NCBI RefSeq assembly: GCF_001194135.2
Contig: NC_068990.1
Location: forward strand, 61,004,293-61,068,292
Origin: Octopus bimaculoides
Lineage: Eukaryota
Direction of reading: 5' to 3'
Length of the DNA stretch: 64,000 nt
The position numbers and the translations under genes were made by a program. The notes under the pieces are model-generated. The model searched no databases and was not told the origin of the DNA. It saw only the letters and a list, made by a program, of their open reading frames with translations. The number at the start of each line of letters is the position of its first letter. Position 1 is the stretch's first letter. Shown one piece after another: positions 41,851 to 55,084 of this stretch.

Positions 41851-42014
41851 AGTGCAGGCGTGGCTGTGTGGTAAGGAGCTTACTTCCCAATCACATGGTT
41901 CCGGGTTCAGTCCCACTGTATGACACCTTGGGCAAGTGTCTTTTACTATAGCCTCGGGCTGACCAAAACCTTGTGAGTGGATTTAGTAGATGGAAACTGA
42001 AAAGAAGTCCATCG

Positions 42015-42054
<40 letters not shown>

Positions 42055-42298
42055 TTAATGTATGTATGCATGTGTTTATGTGTGTGCATCTTTGTGTCTG
42101 TGTTTGCCAGCCCATTGCTTGACAACCAATGTTGGTGTGTTTACATTCCTGTGACTTAGTGATTTGGCAAAAGAGATCGATAGAATAAGTACTAGGCTTA
42201 CAAGGAATAAGTCCTGGGGTCGATTTATTTGACATAAGACCCTTCCGGACAGTGCTCCAGTGTGGCCGTAAGCAGGTAGCTGAAACAAGTGAAGCAAT
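41851..42298 (+). mobile_element. SINE family C, full-length
   Basis: Matches 53763-54186; further copies at ~40508-40915 (+), 43945-44340 (-), 47272-47668 (+). Confidence 0.88.
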
Positions 42299-42599
42299 AA
42301 TATATATATAGTCAAATCAAACATTAAAAGTTGAACATTAACAATCGAACATTAAAAACAACAATAACAAAACAAGTGTATATACTTATGGAATGCATTA
42401 GCTTGGCTCTCAGTAAAGGTGGAAAAAAAGAATGGGTTATTACATTTCAAGCATAGCTCTTTGTTAGAAAGAAGAGAAAGGAAAAGTCGAGAGAAGGAAA
42501 AAGTCCACGAACAGAACGTAGAAAGAGATAGAAATGGAAAGATATAGAGAAAGTGATGTGTGTGTGTGTATACATATATAAAAGAATCAAAGAATATAC

Positions 42600-43180
42600 A
42601 TATATTTTTTTTATTATTTTACATGTTTCAGCCCTAATGCGGTGGCCATGCTGGAGTATCACCAGTGTAATCACCTTTTCAATGGACAATCCTATGTGAT
42701 CGGTTTTTGGTGAAAGAGGAAGTTTGATTATGCTGACCTTTTTTGAATCTTCTGCCCTGATATTGGTTCATCTGGGACCTTGTATAGCAGGAGGTCAAGT
42801 TGTTTCTTGAAAATATCTACCCCCTACTCCATAAAATCCCTTAGATGTTTTAGCAAGGCATTAAATAGTTGTGGGCCCTTGGATCCCAAGCTATTGCAGT
42901 ACATGGACCTCACTCTAGACAGGATAGCTGGGATCTTTGGAACAGTGCAGTGATGTCCAGTTCGGAGGTTAGTACAGCTCTCAATACCAAAGTTTAGTGC
43001 CAGCTCCTCCAAGATCTTTCATACATGTATCACTGCATACCTTTCTCGTCTTTGCTCCAGGGAGTAGAGTCATAGCTCTTTCAGTCTCTCTGAGCAACTC
43101 AGTTGTTTCATTGATGCAGTTTTCCTGGTGTAACATCACCGAACTGCCTCAAGTTCTGCTATTCATTTGACACTGTAGGG
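42600..43180 (-). mobile_element. CR1/L2-group LINE, RT C-terminus and 3' end
   Basis: SERLKEL*LYSLEQRRERYAVIHV*KIL...SLGSKGPQLFNALLKHLR...FKKQLDLLLYKVPDEP, followed by a 3' tail GGTGATACTCCAGCATGGCCAC...GGGCTGAAACATGTAAAATAATAA. Confidence 0.85.
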
Positions 43181-44469
43181 TGACCACAGTTGAGAGCAGT
43201 ATTTTGGTGGTAGGGGACCAGTCGATTAGATTAACTCCAGAACACAACTGGTACTTAATTTATCGGCCTTGGAAAGATGAAAGGCAAAGTCGACTTAGGC
43301 AGAATTTGATCTCAGAATGTAAAGACAGACGAAATACCGCTAAGCATTTCGCCTGGTGTGCTAACGTTTCTGCCAGCTTGCTGTCTTAACTTCCCTAAGA
43401 AGAATGCAAGACAAAGCCAAACTTTCTGAAATTTGATCTCTCAAGGTAGAATAATGCAGCTGTATGCATTATTTAGTGCTTTCACAAATTTAGAGCAGCT
43501 TTAGTTCAAACATGTTATACTGTTATATGAAAGACATAACTTTTTTTTATTAAAGATTTTTCTTTTTTTTTTTGTTTGACCTTTGTGTTGAGTTTGGAAC
43601 AATAGCATTCTTAAATCCATTTGTTCATTAACATTTCAAGACCTTCTTTGCCTTATCAATTCATTCTGGTGATGAAACCAAAGTCTTGAAATGTTAATGG
43701 ACTAATGGATTTAGGAACACTATTGTTATTCTGAATGCGATATAAAGTACTAATAAGGAAATATGAAAAATCCTTAATAAAAAGATTAAACTCAAACACA
43801 GTCATGATTTTAATATATGTATGTATGCATGCATGTATGTATATATGTATGTACGTATGTATGTATGCATGCATGTATGTGTGTGTGTATGTATATATGG
43901 ATATATGTGTGTTTGTATTTATGCATATCTGCATTTATGTTTATATCTAAAGTATACTCTTTTACTTATTTCAGTCATTTCACTGCGGCCATGCTGGAGC
44001 ACCACTTTTAGTCGAGAAAATCGACCCCAGGACTTATTCTTTGTAAGCCTACTACTTATTCTATCCGTCTCTTTTTGCCGAACCGCTAAGTTACGAGGAC
44101 ATAAACACACCAGCATTGATTGTCAAGCGATGGTGGGGGAGACAAACACAGACACACAAACACACACACACATATATATACATATATACGATGGGCTTCT
44201 TTCAGTTTCCATTTACCAAATCCACTCACAAGGCTTTGGTCGGCCCAAGGCTATAGTAGAAGACACTTGCTCAAGGTGCCACGCAGTAGGACTGAACCCG
44301 GAACCATTTGGTTGGTAAGCAAGCTACTTACCACACAGCCAATGTTATTTTTATTTGTTTGCTCTCTTCTGTTTTTAGTTATTTGAAGCTTTCCTGCAAG
44401 GAAGGAGCTGGTTTCTAACAAAGATCCAAAGCTCCATCATTGCAATGCAGAGATCAAAATCAGTATTTT

Positions 44470-45790
44470 TTATGCTGAACTTGAGAAAAGTCTTGCTGGC
44501 TTTTACTGTTCCACTTACAGATTGTATTTGCAATGTGCATGTTAGCTGGTTGCTTTCTTTTCCTGTAAACCTTAGTTTTTCCAGGTTGTCACTTAGGCAT
44601 TCACTAAGTGATATAAATATTGATATAAATATGAATTTATAACCTGGGTATAAAAGCCAAATATTTCAAAGCAGTTATTCATAGTCATTCTCTTTCTCTT
44701 TCATTTTTGAACAGGTATTCACATCAGCATGGTGGCTAACCTCTCTGATGGTCTATACTGTTCTTTGTCTGTCACAAATAACAATATCCAGTATATTATA
44801 TTTCATCTTGTTAGAGGTTTTGATGGAAATGTTCCACCAATACTCCTTGTGTTGATGTTTATGTGTATATTCAGTAACAGAGGGATTCCTTATATTTATT
44901 CCAGAAGATATTTATTCGTTTTTCTGAGAGCATTGCAGATTGTTTTAGTGACAACATCATGTTGCATTGGAAGATAAAACTATGATGACATTTTGGGGTA
45001 ACTGCTGACCCCCATGTGTAATGTCTTCCATAGAAATGTGTCATAATGAACAGCTTTGGCTTAGCAACTTGGAGTTCCAAGGGATACACTGTCTCTTTTT
45101 TTTTATAGGGTATTTTGCAGCAATCTCCTGCTCTTGGTTTGGAAATGCATAGCTTTTGAAGTGTGATGGGATGTAGTACAACAAGCTGAAGAAAGGCTGC
45201 ACTTGATGTTTAAGTCTTCAAGAATTCTACCCTCATAGTTTTATTTTGGTATTTTGAGCATTCCGGTCTTTGAGGTATGGAAGTGAAGCTGTTTGGGGTT
45301 GTCAGGAAGAGAGTAACTTCCTGATGAGTTTACTGCCAATTTGTAGGAAGTGTTATTGTCTTTGCTTTTCAGTACAAGGTTTATATGTAATTGTTTAGTG
45401 ATGGCCGCAGCAGTTTCTTTACATTAGTTTCAGTCTCTCTTATGGCAAATTTTATCTACTTTTCATTGTTTTGGGAAGATAATTTAGCATCACTAGAGTT
45501 GGAATTACAATTACTCTCTGTGACAGCCTTTTTTATTTTTTTGCTGCCAAACCTTTTTGCTGTAAAATAGTTTAAGGTTGGGTGAGCTTTGTACCAGCAA
45601 TGTTTAGCCACTTCACATAATTGATAGATGGGTCATCTTAGGCTTTTTCATAACATTGAAGTAGTTTCTGATTTGAATGTAAAAACCAATTGAATTGAGA
45701 AGAGTGTTTGCATCATCTTAAATAACTTGCACGTGTCATAGTGCTATTTGTATTGGTATTACTGCTAGTGCTCTTGTTATCAATATCTAC
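44470..45790 (-). mobile_element. Decayed LINE with restriction-like endonuclease (R4/Dong-like), 3' part
   Basis: AFPNQEQEIAAKY, degraded CCHC knuckle, QHDVV, KEYWWNISIKT...ILDIVICDRQ...EVS..ADVN...KEKENDY...LLYPGYKF...NLEKL...LQIQSVSGTVKASKTFLKF. Confidence 0.75.
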
Positions 45791-47725
45791 CATGACTGTA
45801 AAAAAGAAATTCCACATTGTGCAAGATGTATTTTGTAATCCAATCAAAATAATGCTAAGATGGCAACTAAAAGGTGTTACTCTTATTTATGACAAAAGAA
45901 ATAAATGAGTTACTGATTTAGGCTGGTGGAGTCAGTATGATTGTTGAAAGAAACATTAAAAAAACATTTTTAAATGGTCTCCTATGTCTGCTTTCCTGTT
46001 GTCAATAGCACTATATCATATCATCCTCCTCATCATCGTTTAACGTCTGCTTTCCATGCTGGCATGGGTTGGATGGTTTGACTGAGGACTGGTGAGCCAG
46101 AGGCTGCACCAGGCTCAATCTAATCTGGCAAAATTTCTACAGCTGGATGCCCTTCCTAATGCCAACCGCTCCAAGAGTAGTGGGTGCTTTTACATGCCAC
46201 CGGCATGAGGGCCAGTCAGGTGGTTCTGGCAACGACCACACTAAATATGTATGTATGACAAGGTCCTTCAGTGAGGATTGAGGGCATGAATTTAGATACT
46301 GATTTATAGAAAGAGAAATTTAATTTATTGTAAATTAATTTTGGTGGAAAAAGAAAAGAAATTATATGTTCTCTTTGAGTGTCACAAACAATTGTCACCA
46401 GTTGAGTCTATGCTGATGAGGTCATACTGGGGCCTCATTAGCATAAAATAGTTAATTTAATCCAGCTTTAATCACTTGGCAAAGGCTTTCTTCTATGTAG
46501 GAAACATTTCAGAAACTTTAGGCTGGGAGTAATTTGCAAAATCAAAAATAAAATGAGCTATAGAGAAAGTAGATTAAATAGACTAATAATCTAAATTTAG
46601 ATAACCAAGCTATAGGGTGATGTAAGGAGATACATAAAAAAAAATCTCAGTTAATTGAAAAATATACCTTTCGGTTAGAAGAAGGAATCAAAAACTTAGT
46701 GGTAATTATTAGCAACACTTAAAGGAAAGGGGAGATAATTTTTAAAAAAGCATCCCTCATTGCCCATGTTCTTTCCTGCATTTTTTGATTTGCATTTACT
46801 TTAAAAAGTACATTGATCACATCAGTCTGAGAGAACTTGCAAAGGCCAAGGAACACTGCCTTTTCCCCTAACCAGACCATTAAAAAAACAAAATAACAAA
46901 AAACAAAAAAAACATTAGTTTCTTTTGATATCTCTTTATTTTATTCACAGCAGACAGATCAAAGCAGTAAAATACCCCTCACATCACCACCACCACCACC
47001 ACCACCACCCATTTAAGTAAACTGTGACTAGCTCATAGACCTAGACACAATAGTAATAAATCACATTTCTATTTGAGATTTAGCAAAATAATAGCCACAC
47101 ATACATCCCATAACATCATAAGTGGCTGTGAGATACTTTGAGTGAATGCTATTTTTGTTGTTGTTTAATATACAGGACCTGATTGAACTGGCCACTGATC
47201 AAAGCTACTCCAGTTGTGACCATCATATAGGTGCAGGCGTGGCTACATTCACATTGGTGTGGCTTTATATAAGCACAGGCATGGCTGTGTGGTTAGAAGC
47301 TTGTTTCACAATCACATAATTCTAGGTTCAGTCCCGCTGCATAGCACCTTGGGTAAGTGTCGTCAACCATAGCCTCAGGCTGACCAAAGCCTTGTGAGTG
47401 GATTTGGTAGACAGAAACTGAAAGAAGCCCATCGTATATATATATGTGTGCATGTCCGTGTTTGCCCCCCTCCCCCATCATCGCTTGACAACTGGTGTTG
47501 GTTTGTTTACATCCCCAGAACTTAGCGGTTTGGCAAAAGAATCAATAGAATAAGTCCTAGGCTTAAGAAATAAGTTCTGGGGTCGATTTGTTTAACTAAA
47601 ACCCTTAAAGGTGGTGCTCCAGCATGGTCATAGTCAAATGACTGAAACAAGTAACAGAATAAAAGAATACATCCTATATTAATTTGAGTGGCCGTGAGAG
47701 AGAGAAACTTTTAGAGATTGTCGTT

Positions 47726-48545
47726 ATACTAGGAGTGGCTGTGTGGTAAGTAGCTTGCTTACCAACCACATGGTCCTGGGTTCAGTCCTATTGCATGGCA
47801 TCTTGGGTAAGTGTCTTCTACTATAGCCTCGGGCCGACCAAAGCCTTGTGAGTGGATTTGGTAGACGGAAACTGAAAGAAGCCCGTTGTATATATGTATA
47901 TATATATAATACAAAGAATATATATATACATGTATACACACATATATGTACATACTTACATCTACATGTGTATATATATGCATATCAAGGTACAAGACGT
48001 TAGAACAATACACTACAGACAACAGAAGGAACACATAGGAAAACGGAAAGCCACTTGGAATATCCCTTCATCAGCTGTCTCTATTCTATCTAGACGTTTC
48101 GAAGATAAGACAGAACGTACTCTAGAATAGTCTCTTCCTGAGTAGTGGATCAACCCACTACACAGAGGATTCCAAGGTGGCAAACACAAACCAAGACAGG
48201 AAAAATTGGACAGTGAAAACAACATTCAAAAGCCGTACGGCCAAACGCAAATCTGAGGTAGAACGCTAGTAGTTCGTCTTGCCTTCACAGCGGCTAGAGT
48301 GATATATATATATATATGTGTGTGTGTTTGTGTGTCTGTGTTTGTCCCCCCAACATCGCTTGACAACCGATGCTGGTGTGTTTATGTCCCCGTAACCTAG
48401 CGGTTTGACAAAAGAGACCGATAGAATAAGTACTAGGCTTCTAAAGAATAAGTCCTGGGGTCGATTTGCTCGACTAAAGGTGGTGCTCCAGCATGGCAAC
48501 AGTCAAAAGACTGAAACAAGTAAAAGAGTAAAAGAGAGTAAAAGA
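47726..48545 (+). mobile_element. SINE family C split by a ~315-bp CpG-rich insert (47985-48300) in its internal (TA)n
   Basis: 5' half 47726-47890, 3' half 48300-48545; the insert carries CTGATGA and CGAAACGTC on the minus strand. Confidence 0.8.
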
Positions 48546-48793
48546 AAGGTCCTGACTGAACTGACCACTGATCCAAGCTACTCCAACTATGACCATCCTC
48601 TTCTTTTTATGTAGCTATAACCACACTGTCCAAAATATTAATACTTTTTTAAGAAGGCATGATTTGATAGAAATTTCGCTACTATTTCTAGTAGTTTGAC
48701 TGGTTGTATAGAGTAGTTGTTCTCAATCTTTTTTTTGTTTTTGATATTTGGGCCAGATAAAGGTGGTGAACTGGCAGAATCATTAGCATATTA

Positions 48794-49024
48794 AGACGGT
48801 GAGCTGGTAGAAACGTTAGCATGCTGGGCGAAATGCTTTGCGGTATTTTGTCTGCCATTACGTTCTGAGTTCAAATTCTGCTGAGGTCAACTTTGCCTTT
48901 CATCCTTTCAAAGTTGATAAATTAAGTACCAGTTACACACTGGGGTCGATGTAATCGACTTAATCCCTTTGCCTGTCCTTGTTTGTCCCCTCTATGTTTG
49001 GCCCCTTGTGGGCAATAAAGAAAT
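48794..49024 (+). mobile_element. Young family B SINE nested in an older B-related copy
   Basis: Duplication AATCATTAGCAT at 48778-48789 and 49028-49039. Confidence 0.85.
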
Positions 49025-49384
49025 AAAAATCATTAGCATGTTGGGCAAAATGGTTAGTGGCATTTCGTGTCTACTTGCTTTCTGAGTTCAAATTCTGTTG
49101 CGATTGAATTTGCCTTACATCCTTTAGGGGGGTCAATAAAATAAGTACCAGTATGCTTGGGGTTGATATAATTGACTTGATGCAATTGACTTACCCATTT
49201 ATTGTACAATGAGTTTATCTCAGTTTCCATCTACCAAATACACTGATAAGGCTTAGTCAACCTGGGGCTATTATAGAAGACACGTGCCTAAGGTACTGTG
49301 CTGTAGGCTGGACTCAGAACCATGTGGTTGGGAAACGAACTCCTTACCCAACAGCTACACACAAACACTCATATTCACATATAT

Positions 49385-49473
49385 TGATAGATAAAAAGAC
49401 AGACAGATAGACAAACAGATAGATAAACAGATAGACAGACAGATAGATAGCTGGATAGATAGATAGATAGATG

Positions 49474-49531
<58 letters not shown>

Positions 49532-49760
49532 CAGACAGGCAGATAGATAGATAAATAGACTGACAGACAGACAGATAGATAGATAGATTGATAGATAGAT
49601 AGATTGATAGATAGACAGATTGATAGATGGGTACATACACATACACATATATACATATATCCATGCATACATGCATACATAATACATACATACATACATA
49701 TATCCATACACACATACACACATACATACATACATACATACATACATACATACATACACA
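49385..49760. repeat. (GATA)n/(GACA)n and (TACA)n microsatellites
   Basis: Direct reading. Confidence 0.95.
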
Positions 49761-50949
49761 CATATATGTGTGTGTGCATATGTGTACAAAGGACTTCTGC
49801 ATAGCAGAGTAACTTCCTTATTACCCAGCCATGCCTGTTGTTCATTAAATTTACATATTTTAGAAATAATGTTTCATTAAAAAAAAAAAAATGTTAATTA
49901 ATTTTTCTGTTTAGAAGAGAAAAGTAGCTTTACTTAGCGTTATCTTTTTTGGTGCTAGACATTTCTTCATAAAATATGCTATGTATTTTATTCACTTCAG
50001 CGTTTTCTTTACTCCAATTTCTTTTAAAATTTATTCATAAATGTTGTGTAATTTTAAAGATTTCAATGATACTTCAAATTTTAATGTTTAAATTTTTATT
50101 TCTTTGTTTCAATCAACATAATGTTTTATATTCTAAGAGAGAAATTTTTCTGTATTATTCTTTCAAGAAACAGTATGAGCTTGAGGAGAAGAAGAAAGGA
50201 ACAATTTTTCCATTGCTCTTTTAGGTCTGCTTAGACTGAAGAATAAAAGCAACTGAATGACATAAGAATGGTTAATGTTAAATTTGAATTGTAGTTTCTG
50301 GTTGTTAAAATATATGCCAGTAAAGTGATTACCAGAAGGAGAAAGTTCTGAAGAAGGATTTTGAAAGAGGTGTAGTAGTAGTTGTAATAGCAAAGGGTTA
50401 TGTGTTGCAACAGCACATTGCTGCACCCACCATTTATTAGTGATTCCCTGCTACACCTGGCAGATGGTGCCTTTGCACCACTCAATCAACAACCCTCCAG
50501 CCTATGGTTCTGTTCGGGTAGTCATTGCTAGTAAGAGTTTTATGAAGTCGGAGTGCAAATCCTACCTCAACCTTTTTTTATAACACGCAGAAGAAACGTT
50601 GGGGTTATTCTTTGACATACTGGTCATGACACAGCACTTGAGCAATGTGAAGTGAAGTGTATTGCTTATGAACATAACACCACCTCGTTCAGGAATTGAA
50701 GCTACAACCTAGTGACCATGAGTACAACACCTTAACTGCTAGGCCATATGCCATCACTAAAAAAAAAAAAAAGAGATGGTTAATATTCAATTTGAATTGT
50801 ACTTTCTGATTGTTAAAAGATTACCAGTGGGAGAAAATTCTTAAAAAGAAGGATTCTGAAAGGCTTTTAGTCTGAGTTAAAAATTTATGAGAATAGTCTG
50901 TATTTCAAATATATGATCTGTGTGCTCACAACAGCATTCGCACCATTAA

Positions 50950-51126
50950 CCCTTTAGCATTTAAACCAGCCATATATGGCCAAAATATTCTACCTGTTTT
51001 ATGTTCAAACAAACCAGATTTGCTCTCTTACACTTTCCTTACAATGTCATTCTACAAATAAGCAATCATGTCATTATTAAACTCTCTAAACACTACATTT
51101 GAAAGAATAATGTGAATGTTAAAGGG
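50950..51126. mobile_element. TTAA-flanked piggyBac-type MITE
   Basis: TTAA|CCCTTTAGCATT...TGTTAAAGGG|TTAA; homologous to 9262 ff. Confidence 0.85.
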
Positions 51127-51581
51127 TTAAAGTCAACTAAGAATTAAAATATATTTTTTAATGGAAGGCATTTTTACTTAATTAAAAAAATATTAACTGA
51201 ACGTGTTTTACCACGTTTTTTTTATAGGCACAGGTGTGGCTGTATAGTAGGAAGTTTGCTTCCCAACCACTTGATACAAAAAAGTGCTCCATCTGATGAA
51301 AGATAAATAATATTATTTATTTAAAGGTTATAATACATGTCTTAAAATGCTACTTATAGTTTCATATTCTTTTATCCTTTTATTCTTTTACATGTTTCAG
51401 TCATTTGACTGTGGCTATGCAGGAGCACCACCTTTAGTTAAACAAAGGACTTATTCTTTTTAAGCCTACTACTTATTCTTTCAGTCTCTTTTGCTGAGCT
51501 GGTAAGTTACTGGGATGTAAACACACCAACATTGGTTGTCAAGCGATGTGGGGGTCAAACACAGACACACAAATAAATATA

Positions 51582-52683
51582 CATGGTGCATAAGGTATTT
51601 GAGGACATACATTTTTCTGGGTCATTGCTGCATTTTTTGCTAACTCTGTATAATCTTTCAGAAAATAATAATGGCAGACCATCAGCTTACTCAAGAAATG
51701 AAATGGCATGCTGTTATTGTGGTCATAAAGGCTGAGCATAGCAATTTAGTAATATCTCGATTTTTAAAAGTTGCCACATCTTTCATCTACAAAGTTTGTA
51801 AGGAGCTAGAGACTAAAGATTGAAATATATCATCAGTATCAAAGCATAAAAAACATTCTAAATGCTCTGAAATCGTCGGAAAAATTGTTGGAAAAATTGT
51901 CAGAAAAAGCAAAAGAAAATCACTATATCATATCTAAAAGGCTCTTAAACAAATTGAAAAATCCAGCAGAAGAAGATTTGATTTGGTTTTTCTCAAACAA
52001 GAAAAACTTTGACCAAGATCAAAAAGTTAACAGAAGAAATGACAGATGGTTATGTGCAGACACTTCTGAAGTTACAAGTGTTATGCATACAAAATTTCCT
52101 GCAACTGTCATGGTTTTAGGTGTTGTCAGCAATGAAGGACATGTGATGCCTCCTTACTTCTTTCCACAAGGCCTTGGAGTTAACTCTGCCACCTACATTG
52201 AGGTCCTGGAAATAACTGGAATAACTGGAAATAAGCCCTGGATAGACAGTGTATGCAATGGAAGGCCATATGTGTTTCAGTAAGACTCTGCACTGTCACA
52301 CATGGCTCTAGTAATACAGGAATGGATGGCTGAAAATTTTCATGAGCACACAACCCCTTACATTTGGCCTTCTAATTCTACAGATTTCAATCCATTGGTC
52401 TATTAAATGTGGAGCGTTGTTGAGTGAGAGGTCAATGAACATGCCCAGCAAAGATACTTCGAAAGCTGCCATAGTCAGAGTATTGTCTAAAATGAACCAG
52501 GGCCACTTGATTTGAGCATGTAGATGATTTAGATCTCATATAGAAGTTGGTGAAGCTGAAGGTGGCTTTTTGAATAACATTATAGAAAAGAAGGTTTATT
52601 TTTATCCTCATAGCATTTTTTGATAAATAAAGTTGTTATATATGTGTGTTTTTTATCAACCTGTACTCAAATATCTTTTGCAC

Positions 52684-52687
<4 letters not shown>
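51582..52687 (+). mobile_element. Decayed DD37D (maT-like) Tc1/mariner transposon nested in a family C SINE
   Basis: ~26-bp TIRs with TA flanks; WFFSNKKNF...VMVLGVVSNEG...YVFQ*DSA then 37 residues to the third catalytic position (NPLV Y); family C halves on either side (51365-51580 and 52700-52862, minus strand). Confidence 0.9.
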
Positions 52688-52728
<41 letters not shown>

Positions 52729-53280
52729 CAAGCTTCTTTCAGTTTCTGTCTATCAAATCTACTCACAAGATTTTGGTTGGACTTTGGTGCAATGCAATGG
52801 GACTGAACCTAGAACCATATGGCTAGGAAGCAAGCTTCTTACCACACAGCCACACCTACACTTATGCATATGCTTCATGTAATGGGAAGAATTCTAATTC
52901 ATATTTGAATGCCTTCTGTGGCATGAAATGTTGGGACATGCTAGCAGATGGTTCTTAAACCATTTAGCATATAGTCATAGTCATTGAGATAGCTTGCAGC
53001 AAGCTCCAGTTCAAAATAATGATGAAACATCGATGTCTGTCGCACTGCAGAAAAAAAAAAAGAGAATCTTGATGTGAGTTGTCTCACTTGTCTATAACTT
53101 ACTTCCAGGTGTTTCACACCAGGGGTATTGAAAATATATTCTTTTACGCCTAAAAGAAAAAGCAGCTACCCAACGAAATAATGACACACACACACCTTGT
53201 GTATCTATGTTTGATTTTGTTTATATACCTCAAGCTGCTTTTAATTAATATTTGAAGATATATATGTATACACACACACA

Positions 53281-53559
53281 TATATAAAGTACATGATTTA
53301 ACTAATTAAACAAAGTTCAACAAATTCAATCATATTTTACGTAAATGGAGTAGATTATATGTTAATATGATGAGTACTTTTTGATAACTCAGATTCTTAA
53401 AATGAATTTATTGTCTTCCTATATGAAACGATTGTATAGCTACATGAATAAAAAAAAAAAAACTATCATCCATATTAACATCTAATCTCCTCCATTTACA
53501 TAAAACATGATTGAATTTGTTGAACTTTGTTTAATAAGTTAAATCATACACTTAATATA
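53281..53559. mobile_element. Fold-back/MITE-like element, ~100-bp inverted arms
   Basis: 53281-53382 mirrors 53458-53559 with few mismatches. Confidence 0.8.
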
Positions 53560-53762
53560 CTTATATAACTTTTCATATCTATGCTAATTTACATCAGTAA
53601 ATTAATGTAAAGTATGTAGAAACAACGTTAGAAATCTTTTGGAAACTACTCCAATTAAAGGACAAATTCACATTCAACCCTTTTAAAAATATATATATAT
53701 CTACAGATATATATAGATATACACACATACACACAAACACACACATATCTTCAAATATGAAT

Positions 53763-54186
53763 TAGAAGCAGCACGAGTGGCTGTGTGGTAAGTAGTTTGC
53801 TTATCAACCACATGGTTCCGGGTTCAGTCCCACTGCATGGCACCTTGGGCAAGTGTCTTCTACTATAGCCTCGGGCCGACCAAAGCCTTGTGAGTGGATT
53901 TGGTAGGCGGAAACTGAAAGAAGCCCGTCGTATATATGTATATATATATATATGTATATGTATGTGTGTTTGTGTGTGTGTGTTTGTCCCCCTAGCATTG
54001 CTTGACAACCGATGCTGGTGTGTTTATGTCTCCGTCACTTAGCGGTTCGGCAAAAGAGACCGATAGAATAAGTACTAGGCTTACAAAGAATAAGTCCCGG
54101 GGTCGATTTGCTCGACTAAAGGCGGTGCTCCAGCATGGCCACAGTCAAATGACTGAAACAAATAAAAGAGTAAAGAGTAAAAGAGT
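53763..54186 (+). mobile_element. SINE family C, well-preserved full-length copy
   Basis: Head TGGCTGTGTGG...GGTTCAGTCCC, ACCTTGGGCAAGTG, internal (TA)n(TG)n, tail CAGTCAAATGACTGAAAC followed by AAAGAGT repeats. Confidence 0.92.
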
Positions 54187-54196
54187 ATAATATATA

Positions 54197-55084
54197 CAGG
54201 GTGTAGTGAACATAATGTCCTCTAAATAATGCAAAAATTAGAATAACACTGACATCTCATTTTAACAGATATTTTTACCAAAATTACATAAAAATATCTT
54301 GAAATACTAAAGAGTAAATTAACTCAATAAAATCGACATTGGCTTCAACCACAGCCCCCAGATGACTTTGGAATCTCCTGCAACTCTTCTGGATGGTCTC
54401 CTTGTTTAAGTTGGTGAATGCTGCCGTAATCCTTGCCTTCAGTTCATCTTTGGTGTTACAAGGAGTTTTATTAGTCTCTCGCTCAACTGTCCGTCACACA
54501 TAATAATGAAGGAGGTTGCAGTCTGGGGAGTTAGGTGGCCAGATGTTAGGGGTGATATGGTAACAGATATTGTCTGACAGCCATGACTGGGATCTTCTGC
54601 TTGTGTGGCACGGTGCAAAGTCCTATTGTGAGACATAGGGTCTTCCAGCAGCCAGTCTCTTGACCCAAGGCAGCACTGCCTCCTCAAGGCACTTGATGTA
54701 GGCTTCCGTGTTGAGTTTGAGGCCATGTGGGAAGACGAAATGAGGCATAACGTCGCTATCACTAGTGATCACTCCAAACACCATGATGTTGACTGAATGT
54801 TTGATTTTTATCACTCTTGGTACATGTCCTTAGATTGTACTGTCTTCAGATTGAGACCTAAATGCACTGAAATGTTCGTATTGGAGCTTCTGGCATGAAT
54901 GCCTAGCAGTATAGCATGTCATTTCCAAATTTCTGGCAGAGTGAATTGCATCATGATGCTGTTTTCTTACAGACAATGCCTAACTAACACTACTATATTG
55001 TGTAGTCAACAAAATCAAAGACAAACAATGTGCATGCATGAAATTAAAAGTATTAAATTGCAACAGTTTACCCATTGCACCCTG
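54197..55084 (-). mobile_element. Internally deleted DD37D Tc1/mariner element (second family)
   Basis: TA|CAGGGTG...CACCCTG|TA; VMVFGVITSD-like, RPYVSQ*DFAPCH...WPPNSPDCNLL with 37-residue spacing. Confidence 0.9.

Noticed and set aside
46393-46441. CTGATGAGG...CCTCATTAG hairpin
   Set aside because: No GAAA half; a simple 9-bp stem
53020-53045. GAAA followed by the palindrome ACATCGATGT and C (hammerhead 3' half)
   Set aside because: No CTGANGA half upstream, so it was not counted
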